Shown here: positions 7,963 through 16,274 of the stretch, piece by piece
Position numbering within the stretch: the stretch's first letter is position 1
Layout of the letters: each line of letters begins with the position of its first letter
Origin: Clostridiales bacterium
GTDB taxonomy: Bacteria > Bacillota > Clostridia > Oscillospirales > CAG-272
NCBI GenBank assembly: GCA_016281895.1
Contig: JAEEJM010000021.1
Span: forward strand, 1 to 35,160
Length of the DNA: 35,160 bases
Reading direction: 5' to 3'
Program-made: the position numbers and the translations under genes
The notes under the pieces: generated by a model
What the model was told of the DNA's origin: nothing
Database searches by the model: none
Seen by the model: the letters and a program-made list of their open reading frames with translations, nothing else

Positions 7963-10900
7963 ATGTTCGCTTCAGGTCAGTCAGGCCGAAGACGTTTCCC
8001 GGCTCTGTTCCGTATCCGCTTTACGCTGTCCGCGGCCGCTGCCGCGGCGCTGCTCCTCTCTGCCCTTGTCACGGCTCCGGTCGCCGCCGCGGCGGCCGCC
8101 GGAGAAGCCGCCGCGGACGCGTATACGGTCAGTTCTTATGCTGCCGGCGGAGCCGCCGCGGCGGACGCTTACACCGTCAGCTACGACGCCGGCGGCGGGA
8201 CCGGCGCCGTCGACCCCGTCCGCTGCGAAAAGGGCGGCTTCGTCGCCCTGGCCTGGCCCGACGGACTCACCGGACGGGACGGGCTCGCATTCGGCGGATG
8301 GAAGGACGGCGATGGAAAGATACGGCAGCCGGGCGAGATGGTCAGGCCGTCGGGCGACGCCGTGTATACAGCCGTCTGGGTAAGGCCGGTGACGGTGTAC
8401 ATCGACCCCGCGGCCGGAAAGTCGACCAACAGCGGAAAGACTCCCTCGTCGCCGGTCTCTTCGATCACCGACGCCCAGAGCAAGGTAAAATCGACCTACG
8501 GCTACTACGGCAGCGTCTATTCCACCACCTTCGTCTTCATGTCGCCGTTCGAGACCTCCTCCAAGGGGCAGACGATCACGGTCCCGGTGACGATCACCGC
8601 GGCCGAGTCGACGGGCGGCGAGAGCGACGGCGACGCGGCCCTGCTCACGCTGGGCGGCACCGTGCTTGCAAAGGCGCCCGTCTGGTTCCGCGACATCTCG
8701 ATGAAGGACAGCGGCTCGCACAACCTCTGCGCCTGCGGCAATCCAGTGCGCTTCACGGGCATATCGACGCCCGACGGTTATACCGCGGCCAACCTGTTCG
8801 GAGCCGGGAGCTCGGTGAACTATCCGGCAGGCACCGACGTCGGGTCGACGGCGGTGCCGACCTCGCTCTTCATAGAGAGCGGCAGCTTCAACTTCGTATA
8901 CGGGGGAGGCAACACCGTATCCGCCTCCGACGTATGCATCGAGTTCTCGGGCGGACGGGCGGTGAGCCTGTTCGGAGGAGGAAACTCGGCCGGAGTGACC
9001 GGCGACGTCGTTGTCCGCGTCAGCGGAGGCAGCGTGGGGTCGCTCACCGCGGGAGGAAGGGCCTCGGGCGTCGAGGGCGGCTGCAGGCTGTACATCGACG
9101 GCGGCGAGGTGGCATCGGTATCCGAGGGCTGCGGCAACGGCACCTCGGTCATAAAGAACGGCACGACGGTGGGGTGCTCGGGCGAGTTCGTCCCGGTATC
9201 GTACTCGCAGAACGGGGCCGTCGGGACAGTCAAGGTCGACCTGCAGTACAGGTTCGGCGACACGATGAGGCTCGCCTATCCCGACGGGCTCTATCTTGAG
9301 AACCGCGGCCTGTACAGATGGACGCTGGGCGGCAGGAGCTATGCCCCCGGCGACAGATTCGAGACCGGAGACACCTACCTCGTCTTCACGCCCGAATGGC
9401 GCGTCCCGTACAGCGTATGGGTCGACCAGAAGAACGGCAGCGATTCGGCAAAGGGGACTAAGGCCGCGCCGGTCAGGACCCTTGCCGCGGCATACGCCCT
9501 GCTCCGCGACGCGGACGGCGGCGGATCGGTATATACGAACGTTATTCATATAGTCGGTACATATAAGGCCGATGCCGGCGAGCAGACGGGAGGCAAGCCC
9601 GCCTCGCTCACGGACGGGACGCTGGAGCTCTTCGAGCTCACGGCGCACGCTGACCTGAGGGTGGCCTGCGCCGTGACCGGATGGGGCGTGCTGTCGTCCG
9701 CCGGCGGCAATGTGCGCATCGAGCACAGGGACGCCTGCATCGGGCAGATCGTCAGCGCCGGCGGAGTCAGCGTCGCGGCGGGACACGTTAGAACGGTCTC
9801 GGGCGGCGGCGATCTGACGGTGTGCGGAGGAACGGTCGACGCCGCCGGGTTCTGCGGCGACATAAGACTCGGCTCCGGCACGCTCGGCAGGGCCGACGAG
9901 TCGAACGGGGTCCTCACGGTCACCGGAGGGAAGCTGGGGGGCACGTCCTGCGCAAAGACGGAGATACTCCTCACAGCCGGGCGGAGCCTCGAGATAACCG
10001 GGCCGGCCGTCTGCGCGTCTTATACGGGCGGCGGGAAGCTTGCCATCACGGGGTCCGGGAAGCTCGAGATAGGGACTCACAGGGGCTCCCCGACAGAGAT
10101 AACGGCCGTTCCGGAGCTGTCCGGCGCGGTGGCGGTGAGCTCGCCCGGCAGCCGGTCCGGCCTGTTCTACGGGGCCGGAGTGCTGGCCTCGGACGGCGAG
10201 TGGAAGACGGGGACACTCGTCACCTGGCACCTCGACGGTCAGACCGGCCGCGTCTTCGCTGAGCAGGACGGGAGCTTTACCCTGCCGGACATCTCGCCGG
10301 CCGCGGGCTATTCCAACGGAACGTGGTATACCGACGCCGCCATGACCAGGCCGTATACCGGCGCCCCTGCGGCGGGCGCGCTCGAGCTGTGGTCGCCGGC
10401 CGCGCCTAACGGCGCGTGCACGCTGTACCTCTCGACGACATCCGGCAGTGTCGACTTCGGCGGCCGGGAGTATTCCTCCGCACTTTACAGCGACATGTCG
10501 TCGCACAGCCTGCGCGAGGGCTCGACGGTCACGCTGACCGCGAAGGAGACCTCGTCGGCACCCTTCATATGCTGGCTCGACGAGACGGCCGGCAGGGTCG
10601 TGTCGACCGGGGCCGTGCTCGAATACAGACTGTCCGGCGACGTCCGCCTTACGGCGCTCTTCGGGAACGCCGTCGGAAACAACTGCACCGTCCTGTTCTG
10701 CGACGGGGGACGGGTCGTCTCCTCGCTCGGGATAAAGCGCGGCTCGAAGCTGTCTGAGGATCAGATCCCGCAGCCTCTTGAGCTCGTTCCCGGCAGGCGC
10801 TTCTCCGGCTGGGACCGTCCTCTGACCGATCCCGTGACGGACAGCGTCATCATAAGCGCGGTCTATGAGGCCGTGCCGGACCGCGTGACACAGACCTATA

Positions 10901-12423
10901 CCGGCGCTCCCGGCAGCGGGACCGCGTCCGACGGCAACGGCGCGTCCGCCTTCATGACCGCGATCGTCTCGTCCGGCCGCTCGGTCACCTTCGTATGCGG
11001 CTGGAGCATCCCGGACGGCTTTGAGGCAGTGCGTGCCGGCATCGAGATAGAATCGCCCGACGGGCGCCTCTCGTACACCTCCCCGGCTCCCCGGGCGGAA
11101 AACGCCGGGACATATTACCTGACCAAAGGCTCCGCCGGAGGCACCGAGTGGCGGGCACGGGCGTACGCGTGTTACGCATCGCCCGACGGCAGGATATTCA
11201 CGGTCCGCGGCGAGACCGTGACGGGCAGCTGCGGCGCGGCGGCCTCCGATCCGGTATCCGCGTCGGTGCACGCGACTGTCGCCCTCGACGGGGGCGAGAC
11301 CGTGTCGACCTCAATGCGCGAGTTCTACGAGAGCGTCGTCGACACCTCGGACGACCTGTATCTGTACGACGAGATGGCAGATGACCTGCGCCTGCTGGCC
11401 GAGCGCCACGCCGACAAGAACATCCGCCTCGTCTCCATAGGCAAGAGCGTGCTCGGGCGCGATCTGTGGGTCATGGAGGTCGGCAACGCCGGCGCCCCGT
11501 ACCGCATGTTCGTCAGGGGCTCCGACCACGCCAGGGAGTTCATAAACACCGTCATCGTAATGAAGACCCTGGAGTTCTACCTCGAGAACTGGTACAACAC
11601 CGTCGGCGGCGAGCGCGTCTGCGACATCTTCGACAGCCTCTGCATCTGCTTCGAGCCCATGGCAAATCCCGACGGAGTCATGCTCTCGCAGCTCGGCCTG
11701 ACGTCGATCGAAGACCCGGCCCTGCGCGAGAAATACGCCGGGCTGCTGGTGCCCATAATGATGCGCGAGCAGGCAAAGATGGTCCGAGGCATCGACTACG
11801 ACGACGACCTCGACCTCTCCTCGGTGTGCGACGAGAACGGCATCTGGTGGGGCCGCTGGGCCGCCAATATAAACGGCGTCGACCTGCACCGCGACTACTT
11901 CGAAGAGACGCTGAAGATGTACAACACGGCCTTCAGGAACTACCTGGCCAAGCATCAGACGCCCGACATAAAGGACGCCTTCGGCTCCGGGGGGCTGTCG
12001 CAACCCGAGACGCAGGCCGTGGCCGCCTATGTGGCCAGGTACGGCTTCAACATGTCGTTCACCTACCATTCGTACTCGCCCTGCCTGCAGCTGCCCACGG
12101 CCCTCTGCGAGGCCGCACAGCTGGAGAAGAACTATGAGCTGATTGGTCTGCTGTCGCGGATCACCTCGTACAACCTCAACTCCAACACAGGCACATCGAA
12201 GGCCACGGGCACGAACGCCGGCTACAACAACTGGTTCATATGCAAGTACCCGCATACGGCCTGCTTCACGATAGAGACCGGCTACAAGCAGGTTGGAGGC
12301 GCCTCTGACAACACTCCGCTCAAGATGGTCCAGATAGAGCGGCTGTTCCCGCAGAACCGCATGGGACCCGTCATGGTCGCAATGAGCGCCCGCGACAGCA
12401 AGGCGGTCGACGCGCTCGACTGA
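7963..12423 (+). CDS. Secreted mosaic protein (1486 aa): Listeria-Bacteroides-type repeats, Gly-rich beta-helix-like region, C-terminal M14 zinc carboxypeptidase
   Basis: GGAGG lies 5 nt upstream of the ATG, and the N-terminus is Ala-rich and signal-peptide-like. Several segments look like Listeria-Bacteroides repeats (YTVSYDAGGG...FGGWKDG...AVYTAVW; WHLDG...GYSNGTWYTD; RFSGWDRP...ISAVYE). GGGN/SGG-rich repeats follow. The C-terminal domain has the M14 motifs SDHAREF (HxxE), ANPDG, YHSYS and TIETGY. Confidence 0.85.
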   Translation: MFASGQSGRRRFPALFRIRFTLSAAAAAALLLSALVTAPVAAAAAAGEAAADAYTVSSYAAGGAAAADAYTVSYDAGGGTGAVDPVRCEKGGFVALAWPDGLTGRDGLAFGGWKDGDGKIRQPGEMVRPSGDAVYTAVWVRPVTVYIDPAAGKSTNSGKTPSSPVSSITDAQSKVKSTYGYYGSVYSTTFVFMSPFETSSKGQTITVPVTITAAESTGGESDGDAALLTLGGTVLAKAPVWFRDISMKDSGSHNLCACGNPVRFTGISTPDGYTAANLFGAGSSVNYPAGTDVGSTAVPTSLFIESGSFNFVYGGGNTVSASDVCIEFSGGRAVSLFGGGNSAGVTGDVVVRVSGGSVGSLTAGGRASGVEGGCRLYIDGGEVASVSEGCGNGTSVIKNGTTVGCSGEFVPVSYSQNGAVGTVKVDLQYRFGDTMRLAYPDGLYLENRGLYRWTLGGRSYAPGDRFETGDTYLVFTPEWRVPYSVWVDQKNGSDSAKGTKAAPVRTLAAAYALLRDADGGGSVYTNVIHIVGTYKADAGEQTGGKPASLTDGTLELFELTAHADLRVACAVTGWGVLSSAGGNVRIEHRDACIGQIVSAGGVSVAAGHVRTVSGGGDLTVCGGTVDAAGFCGDIRLGSGTLGRADESNGVLTVTGGKLGGTSCAKTEILLTAGRSLEITGPAVCASYTGGGKLAITGSGKLEIGTHRGSPTEITAVPELSGAVAVSSPGSRSGLFYGAGVLASDGEWKTGTLVTWHLDGQTGRVFAEQDGSFTLPDISPAAGYSNGTWYTDAAMTRPYTGAPAAGALELWSPAAPNGACTLYLSTTSGSVDFGGREYSSALYSDMSSHSLREGSTVTLTAKETSSAPFICWLDETAGRVVSTGAVLEYRLSGDVRLTALFGNAVGNNCTVLFCDGGRVVSSLGIKRGSKLSEDQIPQPLELVPGRRFSGWDRPLTDPVTDSVIISAVYEAVPDRVTQTYTGAPGSGTASDGNGASAFMTAIVSSGRSVTFVCGWSIPDGFEAVRAGIEIESPDGRLSYTSPAPRAENAGTYYLTKGSAGGTEWRARAYACYASPDGRIFTVRGETVTGSCGAAASDPVSASVHATVALDGGETVSTSMREFYESVVDTSDDLYLYDEMADDLRLLAERHADKNIRLVSIGKSVLGRDLWVMEVGNAGAPYRMFVRGSDHAREFINTVIVMKTLEFYLENWYNTVGGERVCDIFDSLCICFEPMANPDGVMLSQLGLTSIEDPALREKYAGLLVPIMMREQAKMVRGIDYDDDLDLSSVCDENGIWWGRWAANINGVDLHRDYFEETLKMYNTAFRNYLAKHQTPDIKDAFGSGGLSQPETQAVAAYVARYGFNMSFTYHSYSPCLQLPTALCEAAQLEKNYELIGLLSRITSYNLNSNTGTSKATGTNAGYNNWFICKYPHTACFTIETGYKQVGGASDNTPLKMVQIERLFPQNRMGPVMVAMSARDSKAVDALD

Positions 12424-12482
12424 AAAGCAAGCCTCAATGACCCTCTCCGGCAGACGCGTCCGGAAGAGAAAGGATAACTCCG

Positions 12483-12713
12483 ATGAAAGATGAAAGACGC
12501 TCAGCCATAATGATCCGTGGATCAAAAATACACCTCCGCGCCGCGGCAGCGGCAGCCGCCCTGGCACTGCTCTGCCTTGCCCTGTGTTCGTGCGTCAGGG
12601 GAGGCGGCGACGAGACCTCACAGCAGCCCGCCGACTCCGCCGGGATCTCCGGCTCCGGGACGCTGCCCGAGATCTCCGTCGACATCCCGGACGACGGCGA
12701 CGTCATACCGTAA
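12483..12713 (+). CDS. Small putative lipoprotein (76 aa)
   Basis: AAAGGA lies 8 nt upstream of the ATG. The hydrophobic segment AAAALALLCLALCSC ends in a lipobox-like motif, followed by an acidic tail. It is short and sits in high-GC DNA, so it is uncertain. Confidence 0.35.
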   Translation: MKDERRSAIMIRGSKIHLRAAAAAAALALLCLALCSCVRGGGDETSQQPADSAGISGSGTLPEISVDIPDDGDVIP

Positions 12714-12730
12714 GTTTCCATCCGGCGCGC

Positions 12731-12826
12731 GGCGATACCTTTCCGTAAGACGCCCCTGTGACGGGCGGCGATACATTTCCGTAAAAAACCCCGGTGACGG
12801 GCGGCGACGCCGTTCCGCAAGCCCGG
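12731..12826 (+). repeat. 36-bp tandem repeat, about 2.6 units
   Basis: Unit 1 is ggcgatacctttccgtaagacgcccctgtgacgggc (12731-12766). Unit 2 is ggcgatacatttccgtaaaaaaccccggtgacgggc (12767-12802), matching at 31 of 36 positions. A partial third unit follows. Each unit is TTCCGT plus a short GC hairpin. Confidence 0.8.
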
Positions 12827-12847
12827 CTCCCGGCGCCCGCCGGGACT

Positions 12848-12892
12848 ACAACAGGCCCCGCGCCGCTTCTGCAGCGGCGCGGGGCCTGTTGT
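12848..12892. terminator. Bidirectional terminator between convergent genes
   Basis: A 19-bp perfect stem: acaacaggccccgcgccgc (12848-12866), a 7-nt loop, then gcggcgcggggcctgttgt (12874-12892). Flanking sequence is A/T-containing. Confidence 0.7.
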
Positions 12893-12909
12893 ATTATCTG
12901 CTGCGGGGC

Positions 12910-14436
12910 TCAGTTGCCCTCGACGGCCTTGTAAGAGGTCTCGATAAGAGTCACATAGTCGTTGAACATGCGCAGAGTGCTCTGGATCGGGCGCTTCTGC
13001 GATGCGGCCGCGGACGCCGCGGACGAGCCGCTGAACACGGCCGATATGATGGTGTCGACCGGGTTGAATATGGTATAGAGGTCGGAGATGTAATAGCCTA
13101 TGGTGTCCTTGATGGTGTCGAGCATCTCGGCGGTCTCGGCGTCGCTGGCGCGCTTGGTCTTCATGGTGAGCTCGTAGTAGGCCTCCATGGTGGTCGTGGA
13201 GGAGACGTACCCCCAGTAGTCCATGACGGCCGCCACGCGCTTCTTATCGACCTGGACCGAGTTCGGTATGCAGAACAGGGCGGAGTTGTTGTCGATCTTC
13301 TCGACGTACTCCTCCTGGTCGGAGTTGAACTTCGGGTTCATGACGATGCCGAAGCCGCGGGTCATGCCGACAAGGTCGCTGGAGGAGTCCATCGTGGTCT
13401 GGGTAAACAGGAAGTGGTCCTGAGCGAACAGGGCGCGGCCGCGGGCGAAGCTGTTCGGGAAGTCGCCTTCGATCTGGCCGAGGGTGTTGGCGTCGGAGTA
13501 TGTGATGCAGCTCTCGGGATCGTTCAGCAGGCTGTTGAGCTTCTCGGCGATCAGGTCGAGCCTGTCGATGTAGCCCTCCTCGGCGACGCATATGACCGGT
13601 TTGCCGTCGGCGTCCCTGCCGACCCACGGGATGCCGCAGCCGGTGACCATGAAGTTGCGGTTGGCCGAGGGCTCGGCAAGCATTCCGTAAGTGCCCAGGG
13701 TGCCTTCGGCGGCGTCGTTCTTCACGCTCCTGGCGAGCAGCAGGAAGTTGTCGAGCGTCCACTCGTTATCCTTGACGAACTGGTAGGGGCTCTTGAGGTT
13801 GTAGTCCTCGAGCACGCCCTTGCTGAAGAAGAACGCGCGGCAGGCCGCCACGTTGGCGACCGACACGTCGTTGGGCATTATGAAGACCCTGCCGCCCATG
13901 GTATAGGCCTTCAGAGCGTTGGCGTCCCACCATTTGGACGTCAGGTCGACGTTCTCCAGCGAATAGAAGTCATAGAGCAGGCCGTCCGTGGCGCTGGAGG
14001 AAAGGGTGTTGCGCTGGCAGATCATGATGTCGTAATCGACCTGCTCGCCGGCAATGTCCGTCTTGAGGGTCTTCTGGGGCGATTCCACCTCGCGGAACAC
14101 GAGGTTCACGCGGTACTTCTCCTCGACCATCCGGTTGCGTGAGGTCGACGCCTCGCTGACGATGTCCGTCCCCTCTTCGGTCGTTACGTAGCGGACCTTG
14201 TAGCTGCCGACGGTGTGGCTCCTCATGTAGACCGTGAAGTCCTCTCCGCCGTAGTCGGCGTCCACGAACTGCTTTTCGGTCTGCGCGGGTTCGCCGCTCC
14301 CGTCGCCGCCGGACTGGACGGCCGGTCTCTCCCCTGTCCCGCTGTCCGTACCGGTATCGGTGTTGCCGCACGCGCCGAGCAGCCCCGCGGCAAGGACGGC
14401 CGCGAGGATCAGCAGGGCTGTGATCGTTTTTTTCAT
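12910..14436 (-). CDS. Extracellular solute-binding lipoprotein (family-1-like, 508 aa), paralog 1
   Basis: Signal peptide plus lipobox (LLGACGN), with AAGGAG upstream. The region KWWDANALKAYTMGGRVFIMPNDVSV...NEWTLDNF resembles large sugar-type ABC binding proteins. Confidence 0.7.
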   Translation of the reverse strand: MKKTITALLILAAVLAAGLLGACGNTDTGTDSGTGERPAVQSGGDGSGEPAQTEKQFVDADYGGEDFTVYMRSHTVGSYKVRYVTTEEGTDIVSEASTSRNRMVEEKYRVNLVFREVESPQKTLKTDIAGEQVDYDIMICQRNTLSSSATDGLLYDFYSLENVDLTSKWWDANALKAYTMGGRVFIMPNDVSVANVAACRAFFFSKGVLEDYNLKSPYQFVKDNEWTLDNFLLLARSVKNDAAEGTLGTYGMLAEPSANRNFMVTGCGIPWVGRDADGKPVICVAEEGYIDRLDLIAEKLNSLLNDPESCITYSDANTLGQIEGDFPNSFARGRALFAQDHFLFTQTTMDSSSDLVGMTRGFGIVMNPKFNSDQEEYVEKIDNNSALFCIPNSVQVDKKRVAAVMDYWGYVSSTTTMEAYYELTMKTKRASDAETAEMLDTIKDTIGYYISDLYTIFNPVDTIISAVFSGSSAASAAASQKRPIQSTLRMFNDYVTLIETSYKAVEGN

Positions 14437-14465
14437 TCTGACATCTCCTTTTCAGAATTATTCCA

Positions 14466-14591
14466 GGCCGCCCCGCAGGGCGGCGGCTTCATTGCCGCGA
14501 AGCGGAACTTCATTAGCGCCCGCAGGGCGCGTCTTCATTTGCCGGCCAGCAGGCCGGCAGCTTCATTGCCGCCGCAGGCGGCACTTCATTT
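14466..14591 (-). repeat. Array of five GC hairpins, each preceded (as read on the minus strand) by AATGAAG
   Basis: CTTCATT on the plus strand starts at 14487, 14508, 14533, 14561 and 14584, giving spacings of 21, 25, 28 and 23 nt. Each interval holds a 4-8 bp GC stem with a 3-6 nt loop. The array fills the gap between the two binding-protein genes. Confidence 0.85.
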
Positions 14592-14593
14592 CT

Positions 14594-16123
14594 TCAGTTA
14601 CCCTCTATGGCCTTGTAGGAGGTCTTGAGATACTCGACCTGCTTGTCGTACTGGTTCATCGTGTATGTGATCATACGGGCCTGCTGGGCCGCGGCCGTGG
14701 CCGCCGACGAACCGCCGAACGTCTGGGATATTATGAAATCGACGCTGCCGAAGATGGTGAAAAAGTCCGAGATGTAGTATCCCACGGTGGCCTTGATCGT
14801 GTCGAGCATCTCGGCCGTCTCGGCGTCCGTGGCGCGCTTGAGCTTGAGGGTGAGGTCGTAATACGCCTCCATGGTGGTCCCGTGGGACTCCCAGCCCCAG
14901 TAGTCCATTATGACCGCCACGCGTTTCTTGTCCACCTGGACGGAATTCGGGATGCAGAAGATGGCGGAGTTGTTGTCGATCTTCTCCACGTACTCCTTCT
15001 GGTCGGAGTCGTACTTCGGATTCATGACGACGCCCACACCCTTCGGCATCTCGGTGAACTGTTTCGAGTCGCTGAGCGTGGCGTGCGTGAACAGCATGTG
15101 CCCCTGTGCGAACAGCGCTCTGCCGCGGTCGAACTCGTGGGCGAACGATCCCTCTATGACCCCCAGGGCGTTGGCCTCGCTGAAGGTTATGGCGCACTCC
15201 CTGTCCTTGAAGAGGGAGTTCAGCTTCTCGGCTATGAGGTCGAGCTTCGCGAGGTTGCCCTCCTCGGCGACCGAGATGACCGGCCTGCCTTCGCTGTCCC
15301 TTCCGACCCACGGGATGCCGCAGCCGGTGACCATGAAGTTCTGGTTGGCCGCCGTCTCGACCAGCATGCCGTAGGTGCCGAGCTCGCCGGCCGGCGAGTC
15401 GTTTCTGACGCTCCTGGCCAGGGCGATGAAGTTGTCCAGGGTCCACTGATTCTCCTTCACGTACTGGTAGGGGCTCGTGAGGTTGTAGTCCTCGATTATC
15501 GACTTGTTGAAGAAGAATATGCGGACTGCCGAGATGTTGGCTATGGAGACGTCGTTCGGCATGATGAACACCATGCCGTTGATGTCGTAGGCCTCCCTGG
15601 CGTTCGCGTCCCACCAGACGGTGTCAAGGTCCACGCCCTCCAGGCGGTTGAAGTCATAGAGCAGGCCCTTGGTCATAACCTCGGAGAGGCCGTTCCTGGC
15701 GGCGATCATTATATCGTAGTCGACCTGCTCGCCGGCGATGTCCGAAGCGAGCGTCTTCTGCGGCGATGCGGTCTCGCGGAACTCGAGCTTTACGTTGTAT
15801 TTGTCCTCGACCCTGTGGTTCCTGGTCGTCGAGGCCTCGCTGACGATGTCGGTGCCCTCGTCGGAGGTCACGTACAGCACCTTGTAGCTCTCGGTGTCGT
15901 GGCTGCGCATGTAGACGGTGAACTTTTCCCCTCCGTAGTTCGCCTCCCTGAACTTCGGGCCGGTGTCCTCCTGATCCCCGGACTGATCCTCCGCGGGACC
16001 TGCGGACTCTCCCGGGGGGACGGTGGTGATACCGCCGGCCTCGCCGCTCCCGCAGGATGCAAGAAAAGCAAACAGAACGAGGATCGAAAGAGCCAGAGCG
16101 GCGGCAGCTGTTTTTCTGATCAT
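14594..16123 (-). CDS. Extracellular solute-binding lipoprotein (509 aa), paralog 2
   Basis: Lipobox FLASCGSG. It is collinear with and clearly homologous to the 12910-14436 product along its full length. Confidence 0.7.
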   Translation of the reverse strand: MIRKTAAAALALSILVLFAFLASCGSGEAGGITTVPPGESAGPAEDQSGDQEDTGPKFREANYGGEKFTVYMRSHDTESYKVLYVTSDEGTDIVSEASTTRNHRVEDKYNVKLEFRETASPQKTLASDIAGEQVDYDIMIAARNGLSEVMTKGLLYDFNRLEGVDLDTVWWDANAREAYDINGMVFIMPNDVSIANISAVRIFFFNKSIIEDYNLTSPYQYVKENQWTLDNFIALARSVRNDSPAGELGTYGMLVETAANQNFMVTGCGIPWVGRDSEGRPVISVAEEGNLAKLDLIAEKLNSLFKDRECAITFSEANALGVIEGSFAHEFDRGRALFAQGHMLFTHATLSDSKQFTEMPKGVGVVMNPKYDSDQKEYVEKIDNNSAIFCIPNSVQVDKKRVAVIMDYWGWESHGTTMEAYYDLTLKLKRATDAETAEMLDTIKATVGYYISDFFTIFGSVDFIISQTFGGSSAATAAAQQARMITYTMNQYDKQVEYLKTSYKAIEGN

Positions 16124-16197
16124 GATTCTTCCTTCCGGACCGGCGCCTCCGGTCCCGTTCCCGCCGGCCGCCGCGGATGCGGGGCCGGCGCTTCTGC

Positions 16198-16228
16198 AAA
16201 AACCCGGGGGCCGGAGCCCCCGGGTTTT
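16198..16228 (-). terminator. Rho-independent terminator after surface protein gene P1
   Basis: The stem pairs cccggggg (16203-16210) with cccccggg (16217-16224), extended by A/T pairs. On the minus strand it is followed by TTTTT. Confidence 0.75.
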
Positions 16229-16274
16229 CAGTCTTTTAAACCCTTAGGATCATAGTTTGCCCGAAGGCGATAGA

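Noticed and set aside
7981-11271. A 1096-aa ORF antisense to the 1486-aa gene. Similar long antisense or alternate-frame ORFs occur at 4456-5889, 5108-5878, 6421-7341, 11311-12567, 12517-14142, 14360-16255, 17548-18891, 19035-20078, 25786-27834 and 28399-29853.
   Set aside because: All lie opposite to, or out of frame with, genes that carry clear family motifs. Their translations are Arg/Gly/Ala/Pro-rich with no motifs, signal peptides or RBS. Long stop-free antisense frames are expected in DNA this GC-rich.
14466-14591. The possibility that the hairpin-repeat arrays (also 23888-23975 and 12731-12826) are CRISPR arrays.
   Set aside because: The period is only 21-36 nt, there is no repeat/spacer alternation of the expected size, the units are degenerate, and there are no cas genes in the window.
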